This document shows positions 27,895 through 36,444 of a stretch of 64,000 bases of DNA, in pieces (the first letter of the stretch is position 1; every line of letters starts with the position of its first letter). Origin of the DNA: Dehalococcoidia bacterium (GTDB taxonomy: Bacteria; Chloroflexota; Dehalococcoidia; Lucifugimonadales; UBA2985); NCBI GenBank assembly GCA_965247535.1, contig OZ252018.1, positions 1,909,540 to 1,973,539 on the forward strand, read 5' to 3'. A program made the position numbers and the translations under genes. The notes beneath the pieces were generated by a model. The model had not been told where the DNA came from. It saw only the letters and a program-made list of their open reading frames with translations, and ran no database searches.

Positions 27895-28155
27895 CTATTC
27901 CTGCTCTGCCTGAGTTTCCAGCGGTCTGGGCCTGTAATAGAGGCCCCACCGCTGCATCAGCTCCCTGACTGCGGGGTCGCCCATCTCCAAAAGCTCACGG
28001 AAGAAGCCCGCTATGGCGTGGGCGTGGAGGTGCTCCGGCTGGCACACCCAACTGGCCTCGGCGGGGACTGCATACAACAGCCCGCTCTGGTGAGAGCACT
28101 GGACCTCCACGCGGACGCTGCCGGCATCTTCCTTTACAGTCACACCGTAGGCCAT
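27895..28155 (-). CDS. Hypothetical 86-aa protein
   Basis: ORF 27895..28350 trimmed to ATG 28155, preceded by GGAGGA with a 5-nt spacer. MAYGVTVKEDAGSVRVEVQCSHQSG... No recognisable family. Confidence 0.5.
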   Translation of the reverse strand: MAYGVTVKEDAGSVRVEVQCSHQSGLLYAVPAEASWVCQPEHLHAHAIAGFFRELLEMGDPAVRELMQRWGLYYRPRPLETQAEQE

Positions 28156-28269
28156 GAGATTCCTCCGCGAGTCGAATTTGTGCGCATCAGAGAACCGCTT
28201 CCGGACCACCGGGCTCCGGGTCCGTGCGTTCCGAGTCACCCCGCAACCCGGATTATAGCAGACCCTGCG

Positions 28270-28298
28270 TTGACACCCCTTTGAGCGACGCCTACAAT
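28270..28298 (+). promoter_or_regulatory. Sigma70-like promoter (TTGACA-N17-TACAAT) for the GreA-like gene
   Basis: Perfect -35 at 28270-28275 and -10 at 28293-28298. The ORF-track start (28297) lies inside the -10, which argues for a downstream start. Confidence 0.6.
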
Positions 28299-28338
28299 GT
28301 ACCAAAATCCAGATGTGAGGAGGCCTAGGTACAACGCA

Positions 28339-29151
28339 ATGCATTCCCAATCACTACCTGTTTCGGAGGCACTGGCGCAGTACCTTTCGGCGAGGCGCTC
28401 AGCCGCGGCCCAGGAGGCCCTGCAGGAGCTCAACAGATTCGTTCGATGGATTGGGCGAGACCGCAGCGTGATGGGGCTGACGCCCCAGGAAGCTGCGACC
28501 TACGGCGAGTACATGTCCGAGTCGGTCGGAGCACAGGACACGACGGCCCGGGCGCAGATCGTAAAGGACTTCCTCAACTACTGCTACAAGAGCAGCCTCA
28601 CCTCCACGTCGCTTGCCAAGCACGTTCGGGTGAGGAGAGCGATGCAGAGATCCCGGTCCTCGGAGAAGGCGCCGGAGCCGATGGACATTACCGAGGAGGG
28701 CTACCAAGGCCTGAGCGCGGAACTCGTCTCCCTGCGCGACGAGCGCGTGGTGATCGCAAAGGAGATCAGCCGGGCCGCCGCAGACAAGGACTTCCGGGAG
28801 AACGCCCCTTTGGACGCCGCCCGCGAGAAGCAGGGCATGCTCGAGGCCCGCATACGTGAGCTTGAGGACGGCCTCCGGCGAGCCCGGATTGTGGACACGG
28901 ACCCGCAGGAGTCCGCGCTGCGGGGCGAGCGGCGGGTCAAGCTGGGGAGCAGGGTTAGGCTTGCAGACCCGGCATCCAAGGAAGAGATGACCTACACGCT
29001 AGTCAACGCCTCCGAGGCCAGCCCCATGGAATTCAGAATGTCGGTTGCCTCTCCGGTGGGCAGGGCGCTCATGGACCACAAGGTTGGCGACGAAGTGGAA
29101 GTGGTCACGCCGCGTGGCAACCTCCGCTATCGAATCGAGCAGGTGGACTGA
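28339..29151 (+). CDS. greA: GreA-family transcript cleavage factor with ~130-aa N-terminal extension
   Basis: C-terminal 150 aa: coiled coil ITEEGYQGLSAELVSLRDE...DKDFRENAPLDAAREKQGMLEARIRELE (acidic tip D..EN kept), then a GreA C-terminal domain ...VASPVGRALMDHKVGDEVEV. Start set at ATG 28339 (GAGGAGG/TAGGT upstream) because of the promoter. GTG 28315 is an alternative start. Confidence 0.8.
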   Translation: MHSQSLPVSEALAQYLSARRSAAAQEALQELNRFVRWIGRDRSVMGLTPQEAATYGEYMSESVGAQDTTARAQIVKDFLNYCYKSSLTSTSLAKHVRVRRAMQRSRSSEKAPEPMDITEEGYQGLSAELVSLRDERVVIAKEISRAAADKDFRENAPLDAAREKQGMLEARIRELEDGLRRARIVDTDPQESALRGERRVKLGSRVRLADPASKEEMTYTLVNASEASPMEFRMSVASPVGRALMDHKVGDEVEVVTPRGNLRYRIEQVD

Positions 29152-29242
29152 GCCGTTCACGAACCTCGATCGCCGCACCTGCACCGCAGGCCTGCGCCCG
29201 GCGGCAGGCCACAGAGCGCAGGCGGCGTCACGGAGTGCGACT

Positions 29243-29752
29243 ATGGCAGACGCGAAGCATGAACTCGGCCTCGTGGGCGCCGTAAAGGCTGAAGCCATAG
29301 GCGTACCCGGTCAGCGGCGGTTTCGACTCCTTCTGGAAGGCCCGGGGGGAAGCGCTTGCCTCTGGCTGGAGAAGGGCCAGCTGTTCCAGCTCTCGCTCGC
29401 AATCCAGCAGTTGCTCGCACGCGCCGACGCTGAGCAGGCCGGCAAAGCGGACCAATCCGAGCACAGTCCCGCCGCATCCGATCCCGCCTCCTTCGAATTC
29501 GACGTGGGAAACCTGAGCCTGGGCCACGAGCCCGCCGGCGATCTGTTCATCATCGAGGCCTTCGCCCGGGAGGACGAAGACGACGACGAGGCGCTGCTCG
29601 GCTTCTGGGCCTCTCGCTCGCAGATGGAGGAGCTCGCGGAGGAGGCGCAGGCGGTGTGCGCGGCCGGCCGTCCACTGTGCCCGCTGTGCAGCGGCCCCAT
29701 AGACGCCACAGGCCACATGTGCGTGCGCACCGACGGCCATCAGCCTATGTGA
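29243..29752 (+). CDS. DUF3090 family protein
   Basis: ORF 29045.. trimmed to ATG 29243 (GGAG SD). VKAEAIGVPGQRRFRLLLEG...CLWLEKGQL...DLFIIEAFARED...GRPLCPLCSGPIDATGHMCVRTDGH (C-terminal Cys/His cluster). Confidence 0.75.
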   Translation: MADAKHELGLVGAVKAEAIGVPGQRRFRLLLEGPGGSACLWLEKGQLFQLSLAIQQLLARADAEQAGKADQSEHSPAASDPASFEFDVGNLSLGHEPAGDLFIIEAFAREDEDDDEALLGFWASRSQMEELAEEAQAVCAAGRPLCPLCSGPIDATGHMCVRTDGHQPM

Positions 29753-29795
29753 GCGTACGCGCGGCTCTCGCGCGTTCGCATCGAACTTCCGCCGG

Positions 29796-30545
29796 GTGAG
29801 TCTCATGGTTTCGGACAATGGCCCCACACTCACATCCGCCCAGCTTCGTAGGGCGCTGCTCGAAGGCGATATATCATCGCCGGAACTGGTGCCGCAGGGG
29901 TCCAACTACACCTTCATCGTGAGGGTCTCGCAGGGCACCCAATCTATGTACGCCATCTACAAGCCCCGAGACGGCGAGCAACCACTCTGGGACTTCCCAA
30001 CGGGCTCACTCTACAAGCGCGAATACGCGGCGTACCTGGTGTCCCAGGAACTGTCATGGGACTTCATCCCGTGCACCGTCATAAGGGGAGGCCCATACGG
30101 TGTCGGGGCCGTGCAGCAGTTCATCGATGTTGACCCGCACTCCAGCTACTTCACCATCCGGCAGGAGGCGCCGGAAGATCTCGAGCGAATCGCCCTCTTC
30201 GACTGCCTGACCAACAACGCGGACAGAAAGGCGAGCCACTGCTTCCGTGACACCGGCGGCGCCATCTGGTCCATCGACCACGGCCTCACCTTCCACCCGG
30301 AGCACAAGCTGCGCACGGTGATATGGGACTTCGAGGACGAGCCGATTTCGGCCCCCCTGCTCGAGCAGATGGCGCGATTCCTGGAGAGCCTGTTCACGGA
30401 GAGCGACGTAACGCTTCAGCTCCAACAGCTGCTGGACGACGAAGAGCTGTGGGCGCTGAGAAGCCGCATCCAGTCTCTCCTGACCACTGGACGATTCCCG
30501 CCACAGGACCCCTACCGCCGAAACGTGCCCTGGCCGTGGTTCTAG
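29796..30545 (+). CDS. SCO1664-family protein (PI3/PI4-kinase-like fold)
   Basis: 249 aa. GSNYTFIV...AIYKPRDGEQPLWDFP...REYAAYLVS...DCLTNNADRKASHCF...WSIDHGLTF (kinase-like catalytic and DxG loops). GTG 29796 or ATG 29805 start. Confidence 0.75.
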   Translation: MSLMVSDNGPTLTSAQLRRALLEGDISSPELVPQGSNYTFIVRVSQGTQSMYAIYKPRDGEQPLWDFPTGSLYKREYAAYLVSQELSWDFIPCTVIRGGPYGVGAVQQFIDVDPHSSYFTIRQEAPEDLERIALFDCLTNNADRKASHCFRDTGGAIWSIDHGLTFHPEHKLRTVIWDFEDEPISAPLLEQMARFLESLFTESDVTLQLQQLLDDEELWALRSRIQSLLTTGRFPPQDPYRRNVPWPWF

Positions 30546-30563
30546 CCACCAAGGAGGAACATC

Positions 30564-30854
30564 ATGACCACCTCGGTACCCATTCATCCCGGAGAGCATC
30601 TGGCGGAGATCATGGAGGAGCTCGGCATCACCCAATACCGGTTGGCCAAGACAATTGGAGTCCCGCAGGTACGCGTCCATGAAATCGTCCACTGCCGCCG
30701 TTCCATTACAGCGGACACGGCATTGCGAATCGGACAGGCGCTTGGCATGACTCCCGACTTCTGGCTGAACCTGCAGCGAATGTACGACCTGGACTTGGCT
30801 CGTGCCAAGACCGACGTGAGCGCAATCAAGCGGCTGGTAGACGCTTCCACCTGA
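30564..30854 (+). CDS. higA: HigA-family antitoxin-type HTH (XRE) protein, no HigB partner
   Basis: 96 aa. IHPGEHLAEIMEELGITQYRLAKTIGVPQVRVHEIVHCRRSITADTALRIGQALGMTPDFWLNLQ. AAGGAGG SD. Starts 18 nt after the SCO1664-like gene. Confidence 0.85.
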   Translation: MTTSVPIHPGEHLAEIMEELGITQYRLAKTIGVPQVRVHEIVHCRRSITADTALRIGQALGMTPDFWLNLQRMYDLDLARAKTDVSAIKRLVDAST

Positions 30855-30953
30855 GTCGCAGGGTACCATGCCGCAGGCTGTGTCTCTCCACGAGCCGGCC
30901 AGAGAGGGTGGAGTGCCATCCAAGTGGTCACATGCGCCGGCCCCGACAAACCC

Positions 30954-30982
30954 TTGACAAGTGCGCACATGTGTTCTATCCT
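30954..30982 (+). promoter_or_regulatory. Sigma70-like promoter (TTGACA-N17-TATCCT) with nested palindromes in the spacer
   Basis: Perfect -35. The spacer contains GTGCGCAC and CACATGTG (overlapping 8-bp palindromes). About 40 nt upstream of the 89-aa ORF. Confidence 0.6.
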
Positions 30983-31022
30983 GCTATCCATCAACAGCCA
31001 GGAGGCACAAGTGATGGAGCTG

Positions 31023-31292
31023 CACCCAGACGACAAGTACCAACTGATGAAGGCGCAGATGGATGCGGACAGGCGGGCCCTGGAAGCACGAAAGTCCCAG
31101 CAGGACCTGGAACGGCTGGTCCTGGAGCTGGAGCACAAGTACGGCCTGATCGCCGACGACAGGAGCATCGACCCTAGGTCGGCGTCGGTGAGCGGCCCGG
31201 CGGCCGAGCAGGCGCCCGGACGCAAGGGCAACGGCAAGGAGACCCAGGAGGCGCTCGAGGCGTCGATTCTGGAGCAGGCCGCGGCGGGATAG
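31023..31292 (+). CDS. Hypothetical 89-aa coiled-coil protein
   Basis: ORF 30924.. trimmed to ATG 31023 (AGGAGG 9 nt upstream; GTG 31020 also possible). MELHPDDKYQLMKAQMDADRRALEARKSQQDLERLVLELEHKYG..., then a low-complexity tail. Confidence 0.5.
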   Translation, partial: HPDDKYQLMKAQMDADRRALEARKSQQDLERLVLELEHKYGLIADDRSIDPRSASVSGPAAEQAPGRKGNGKETQEALEASILEQAAAG

Positions 31293-31304
31293 CGCTCCTG
31301 CGCC

Positions 31305-32246
31305 CTACCGTCGGCCTCTGCGCCCGCCGCGCCGCAGTCCCAACCGCCGCGCCAGCGAAGCGAGGAACGGACGGCGTCGGGGGCTCAACCGCGAGGCCAC
31401 GTGCGCCGCGATGCCACGGCCTCCGGCCAGCATGGGATAGCCCGGCCCGCGCAGCCCTCCGCGCGGGTCGCGGCCTCCCCCCGGAGCCGAGACCGGGAAC
31501 CGCTCAAAGGGCCTCCAAGCACCGTCTCTCCACACGAGCACGTCACCCCCAGCTTCCTGCACGAGCAGCACGCCGGCCGCCACGTCCCACACTCGCGGAG
31601 CGGTCAGAAGCGAGTACTGCAACACCCCCCTTGCCACCAGCGCCAGCTCACAGGCTATGCTACCCATGACGCGAGGCTCGCCCAGTCCCATGCCGCGATG
31701 CCGTCTGACGCTGAACACCCGCGCGAAGCCGGACGGGACGCCTGCCAGGCCCGAGGGCCTGGGCTCGGAATACGTCAACGCCGTGAGCGGGCCGTCCTCG
31801 TCGAAGGCGCCACCGCCCGCGCGTGCGTACAGTACGCCGTCTCCCGCCAGCGTGTTGGGCAGGAACATGCTGCCCAACACCGGCCTGCCGCGATGCAGCA
31901 ACCCGATCGAGACTGCGAAGAAGGGCACGCCCGCCGCGAAGTTCGCGGTGCCGTCCACCGGATCGATCGCCCACTGGTATTCGGCGTCATGCCCGGCCGG
32001 CGAGGCCTCGCTTTCCTCCGCAACGATTCCGTGGCCGGGAAACTCCCTGACGATGCGGTCCCTCAGGTATTCCTCAACGCGCAGGTCGGCCTCCGTGACC
32101 GGGTCGGTGTCGCCCTTACCCTTGAAGTCGACGTGGGTTGATCCTGGCCGGTACCGCAGCAGCACATCTCCGGCGCCCCGCGCAAGGCTGACGGACGCCA
32201 CCGACAGCTCCTTCAGTGTGGCATCGTCCGGAATTCCCGCGTTCAT
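31305..32246 (-). CDS. Inositol monophosphatase (IMPase/SuhB) family protein
   Basis: ORF 31305..32528 trimmed to ATG 32246. DPVTEADLRVEEYL, WAIDPVDGTANF, WDVAAG motifs. Arg-rich C-terminal tail RRLGLRRGGRRGRR. Confidence 0.85.
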   Translation of the reverse strand: MNAGIPDDATLKELSVASVSLARGAGDVLLRYRPGSTHVDFKGKGDTDPVTEADLRVEEYLRDRIVREFPGHGIVAEESEASPAGHDAEYQWAIDPVDGTANFAAGVPFFAVSIGLLHRGRPVLGSMFLPNTLAGDGVLYARAGGGAFDEDGPLTALTYSEPRPSGLAGVPSGFARVFSVRRHRGMGLGEPRVMGSIACELALVARGVLQYSLLTAPRVWDVAAGVLLVQEAGGDVLVWRDGAWRPFERFPVSAPGGGRDPRGGLRGPGYPMLAGGRGIAAHVASRLSPRRRPFLASLARRLGLRRGGRRGRR

Positions 32247-32307
32247 CTCTTCAATCCTGTGTACTTGACCAATACCAGCCGCCTGAGCCGGTGTCCGGCC
32301 CTGCGCT

Positions 32308-32336
32308 TTGACACCCCGATGGGGCGATGGTATCAT
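32308..32336 (+). promoter_or_regulatory. Sigma70-like promoter (TTGACA-N17-TATCAT) ~210 nt upstream of the CNNM/CorC gene
   Basis: Perfect -35 at 32308-32313 and -10 at 32331-32336. It predicts a long 5' leader. Confidence 0.6.
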
Positions 32337-32550
32337 TGGGCGCAAGCTGATGGGTGTGCAAACTCTCTCCTGCCGGCTTCTCTCCTGATCGTGACCTCTT
32401 CTCGCGCTCCTATCTTGCCACGAAAGCCAGGCCGGCGCCAGCCCGCGAGCCTGCAGGACGTACCTGCCCTGCCAGCCGGCACGCTCGACCTCACTCCCGT
32501 CCGCACCATGAGAACGCAAGACGGCCATCCGGCCGCATAGGTGTACTGCA

Positions 32551-33816
32551 ATGGATCTTTCGACGCTCTACTTCGCCCTGTTGGTCCCATTCCTGCTGCT
32601 CTCGGCATTCTTCTCCAGCTCGGAGGCCGCCTTTCTCTCGCTTCGCAAGGTGCGCATCCGGCGCCTGGTTGAAGATGCGGTACCGGGCGCCGATAGGGTG
32701 GCCCGCATGGTGGACGAGCCCGCCAAGGTCTTACCCACCATCCTGCTTGGCAACAACCTGGTCAACACCGCCTTCGCGGCGCTGGCCACCGTCATCATGG
32801 TGGCGCTCATCGGCGAAGGTCGCGGCGTGCTGGCCGCGACCGCGGTGAGCACCATCGCGCTGCTGGTGTTCGGAGAGACGCTGCCCAAGACGGTGGCCAT
32901 CCGGCACTCGGAGCGCCTGTTCTTCCTCTTCGCCAGGCCGCTCCAGCTGATCGAGCTGCTGCTCCTTCCCTTTGCGGCCACGCTGCAGCTGGTCAATCGC
33001 TTCCTTGCGGCACGCCTTGGCAGCGACGCCCGGGCGCTCTTCACCGAGGAGGAGATCAAGACCGCCATATCCATCGGCATGGAGGAGGGATCGGTGGAGG
33101 AGGAGGAAGGGGAGATGCTGGAGAACGTCTTCCGCTTCGGCGACCGGCAGGTGCGCGAGGTTATGACGCCGCGAACGGAAATCGTCCAGCTGGAGTCCGG
33201 CACCACGCTGAGGCAGTTCCTGTCCGTATACCGGGATCACTACCACACGAGGTTTCCCGTCTTTGAAGACGACATGGAGAACGTGGTGGGCATCCTCTCC
33301 GTGAAGGACGTGGTCACCGCCCTGGCGCGCGAGGACGTTTCCGACGACACGCCCGTCACCACTCTGCTGCGTCCCGTCGTGTTCGTACCGGACACCAAGC
33401 TGGTGGGCCAGCTCTTCCGAGAGATGCGCGGTGCGGGCAACCAGATGGTAGTCACCGTAGACGAGTACGGGGGCATTGCAGGCCTGGTCACCCTAAGGCA
33501 GCTAATTGAGGAGATCGTCGGCCCGGTTGGCGAGGAGGGAATGCAGCCTGACGTGGAGTACGAAGCCATCGACGAGAACACCTACCACATAGACGGGGGC
33601 ATGCAGATAGATGAGGCGAACGAAGAGCTCGATCTGGACCTTCCCACGGGCGACTACAACACGGTTGCCGGCTTCATCCTTGAGGCCCTCGGACGCATAC
33701 CAGCCGAGGGCGACCACTTCCACCACGACAGCCTGCGCCTGGAGGTGACCCACGTGCGCGGGATGCGCATCGAAAAGGTGATGGTGACCCGGGAGCAGCC
33801 GGCCCGCGAGGGCTGA
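32551..33816 (+). CDS. CNNM/CorC/HlyC-family transporter (DUF21-CBS pair-CorC_HlyC)
   Basis: 421 aa. N-terminal 4-TM DUF21 (SSSEAAFLSL...), CBS region (VREVMTPRTEIV...), C-terminal transporter-associated domain (NTVAGFILEALGRIPAEGD). Confidence 0.9.
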   Translation: MDLSTLYFALLVPFLLLSAFFSSSEAAFLSLRKVRIRRLVEDAVPGADRVARMVDEPAKVLPTILLGNNLVNTAFAALATVIMVALIGEGRGVLAATAVSTIALLVFGETLPKTVAIRHSERLFFLFARPLQLIELLLLPFAATLQLVNRFLAARLGSDARALFTEEEIKTAISIGMEEGSVEEEEGEMLENVFRFGDRQVREVMTPRTEIVQLESGTTLRQFLSVYRDHYHTRFPVFEDDMENVVGILSVKDVVTALAREDVSDDTPVTTLLRPVVFVPDTKLVGQLFREMRGAGNQMVVTVDEYGGIAGLVTLRQLIEEIVGPVGEEGMQPDVEYEAIDENTYHIDGGMQIDEANEELDLDLPTGDYNTVAGFILEALGRIPAEGDHFHHDSLRLEVTHVRGMRIEKVMVTREQPAREG

Positions 33817-33839
33817 GGCCCCGCGCCGGACGGTGCAGC

Positions 33840-35303
33840 GTGAACGACGCCACCCGAAGCGGCTCACACCCGGAGCGGCGGCTTCTCGCCGGCGTTGAGC
33901 GCATCCTGGCCGGACTGCTGCCCGGACTGACCAGCCGCCGCATCGTGGCCGCCATCTCCGGAGGCCCGGACTCGATGGCTCTGCTCCTGCTCCTACAGCG
34001 GCTCCGCGGCCAACTGAGCTTCGAGCTTCACGTGGCCCACGCTGACCACGGCCTCCGCGGCGAAGAGGCCCGCGAGGACGCCAGATTCGTGGAATCCGCG
34101 GCGCGGGGCATGGGGCTGCCGGTAACGCTCGGCCGCCTGGACATAAACGCTCTTCGAGCCGGCAGGCGCATGTCCATGGAGGAGGCGGCGCGGGAAGCGC
34201 GCTACGCGTTCCTGGTCGAGACCGGCGCGGGCCTGGGAGCCTCCGCCATTGCACTGGGCCACACCGCCGACGACCAGGCAGAGACTGTGCTCATGCACCT
34301 GCTCCGTGGCAGCGGCGGCACCGGGCTGGCAGGAATGCCGGTCGTCTCACACGTGCCCGCGTCTCGCTATGGCGAGCGCATGGCCCTGTTGAGACCTCTA
34401 CTGGACTTCACCAAGGCCGAAACGCGCGCCTACTGCGAGCTCAGGGGTGTCACGCCCAGAGAGGACTCGTCCAACAGCTCGCTCGAGTTTACCCGCAACC
34501 GCGTAAGGCTTGAGCTATTGCCACAGCTTGAGCGGTTCAACCCGCGCTTCCGCGAAGCGCTGCTGCGCCTGAGTGCATCGGCGGCTCACGACCTCGATTT
34601 CCTGGCGCAAGCGGCCGCCGACGCCCGTCTAAGGCTCGAGGCCGCGGGGGAGCCAAGCGGCATAGCGGTCTCGCGTGCGGGCTTCGGGGCGCTGCACCCC
34701 GCCGTCAAGCGCCACCTCCTGCGACTGGTGTACCGTGAGCTCGCCGGCGGAACGAAGGAGCTGACGCACCGTCACGTAGAGGACATGGTGCGCCTGTCGA
34801 GCGGAAGCACCGGCGCGTGGTTGGATCTGCCAGGCGGCCTGAGGTTCGAGGTCGGCTACGACACGCTCCGTTTAGCGCCTGCCGGTGACCTGCCCGAGAA
34901 GGCTCCTCCCATCGTAGGGGAGTACGCGCTATCGATACCGGGGGAGACCTGCGTTGGAGAATGGTGCGTACATGCGGAGGTACTCTCGCCCGCGCGCGGG
35001 CATGCGAAAGGTGGCAGCCACCTCGCCGTGCTGGACGCCGACCGCGCGGGCCATCGCCTGTGCGTCCGTTCGCGACGTCCCGGCGACCGCATTACGCCGC
35101 TCGGGATGACCGGCTCCCGCAAGGTGCAGGACGTGATGGTTGACGACAAGACGCCGTCGGCGGAGCGGGACCGGGTGCCTCTGGTGGTCTCGGAGAATGG
35201 TGTGGTGTGGGTAGTGGGACACCGCTTGGCCCACTGGGCCATGGTAACGGAGGAAACGGAACGAGTGCTGCGACTGGAGTTTCGGCCAGCTAGCGCTAGA
35301 TGA
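33840..35303 (+). CDS. tilS: tRNA(Ile)-lysidine synthase
   Basis: 487 aa, GTG start. PP-loop AISGGPDSMALL. ...GHTADDQAETVLMHLLRGSG. C-terminal substrate-binding domain. Confidence 0.9.
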   Translation: MNDATRSGSHPERRLLAGVERILAGLLPGLTSRRIVAAISGGPDSMALLLLLQRLRGQLSFELHVAHADHGLRGEEAREDARFVESAARGMGLPVTLGRLDINALRAGRRMSMEEAAREARYAFLVETGAGLGASAIALGHTADDQAETVLMHLLRGSGGTGLAGMPVVSHVPASRYGERMALLRPLLDFTKAETRAYCELRGVTPREDSSNSSLEFTRNRVRLELLPQLERFNPRFREALLRLSASAAHDLDFLAQAAADARLRLEAAGEPSGIAVSRAGFGALHPAVKRHLLRLVYRELAGGTKELTHRHVEDMVRLSSGSTGAWLDLPGGLRFEVGYDTLRLAPAGDLPEKAPPIVGEYALSIPGETCVGEWCVHAEVLSPARGHAKGGSHLAVLDADRAGHRLCVRSRRPGDRITPLGMTGSRKVQDVMVDDKTPSAERDRVPLVVSENGVVWVVGHRLAHWAMVTEETERVLRLEFRPASAR

Positions 35304-36294
35304 GCTCCACCAGCCGCGAGTTTTCGGTAACGCCCGGTATCTGCCCGCGCCTGGCCAGCGGCCTGCCATCCACCTCGTGTATGTCAGCGCGGAATCCTAT
35401 CGGCGGGGCGCAGCTTATGTAGCCGCCCACCTCGAAAGCTGTCACGGGCGCGCTGGCCTCCACGAACTCTCTTATGTGGCTCTTGTCCAGCTCCCCGCTG
35501 ACGAATATCTCCACGTGAGAGAACCCGGCCTGGTCCAGTCGAGCGCGGACCTCCTTCACCATGTGAGGGCTGACTTCGTCGTTGGTCCGCATCGCTTCCA
35601 GCACCACGCCCCGCAGGCGGAGCCTTAGCGACCTTGCCAAGGAGATGGCTTCCTCCGCTTCATCCTTCAAAACGTTGACAGGAGCAACCCGCGAGATCTC
35701 CTGCGGCAGATGCTTGTCGAAGGCCTGCATGGCCTTGATGGAGTCACCAAAGATCAGCACAACATCCGGCGAGATTGAGCCTGCCGGGGTAGTGCCCGCG
35801 AGCTTTGAGCCGATGGGGGTCGTGCAGGAGACGCACCCTCCCACGGTGGCGGCGTAGTCCATGACGCCGGCCACGCCGGGATGCACGTAGCGCGCGCCCG
35901 TTGAAATGACGGGTATGCCCCCGGCTGCTGTCACGCATTCGTGGCTGGCGGTAGCCCAGCCGGTGCTGTGGGACAGCGTTCCGCAAATTGCGGTCTCGTA
36001 GAGGCCGAGGGTGCCGTACGGGGCAGTGACACGCAGCGCAACCTCGCCGGCCGACACCGTGTCGCCCTCCTCCAGCGCCCACGCATCGCGGCTGGCCTCA
36101 GGGAGCACCCTCTGGAGCAGCGCCTTCACCTCGTGGATTCCGCAGAAGATTCCGCTGTCGGCCGCCGAGAATTCCACCGTCACTACGGGGTTTACCCCCT
36201 CGCTTCGCAGGACCGTCAACCCTCGATGGAGTCGCGCGTCCGCCGTATCTCCCACCTGGACCGAAGGTCTTACCTCGAATTCAGGTTCCGCCAT
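35296..36294 (-). CDS. Nicotinate phosphoribosyltransferase-like (type II PRTase family) protein
   Basis: 332 aa. The pattern LYETAICGTLSHSTGWATAS...VSGELD...FEVGGYIS...ADIHEVDGRPLARRGQIPG resembles archaeal-type NAPRTases as I remember them. Sits downstream of a nicotinamidase gene. Confidence 0.55.
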   Translation of the reverse strand: MAEPEFEVRPSVQVGDTADARLHRGLTVLRSEGVNPVVTVEFSAADSGIFCGIHEVKALLQRVLPEASRDAWALEEGDTVSAGEVALRVTAPYGTLGLYETAICGTLSHSTGWATASHECVTAAGGIPVISTGARYVHPGVAGVMDYAATVGGCVSCTTPIGSKLAGTTPAGSISPDVVLIFGDSIKAMQAFDKHLPQEISRVAPVNVLKDEAEEAISLARSLRLRLRGVVLEAMRTNDEVSPHMVKEVRARLDQAGFSHVEIFVSGELDKSHIREFVEASAPVTAFEVGGYISCAPPIGFRADIHEVDGRPLARRGQIPGVTENSRLVELI

Positions 36295-36444
36295 TGCTCT
36301 CCCTTTGGATGCTCAAAGTTGGGGCATTGCAGCCCAATTGCCCGGGTGACGTTTCGCCGTCATACGCCTACGGGCATCATATCTTGAGGAGTGAACCCCA
36401 CGCAGTCTACCTCTGCATAGGAGTCTGGCAACACGCCTTTCCCG

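Noticed and set aside
32343-32550. M-box (Mg) riboswitch in the CNNM/CorC leader
   Set aside because: I could not find the conserved M-box core sequences by eye. It is kept only as an unclassified long leader.
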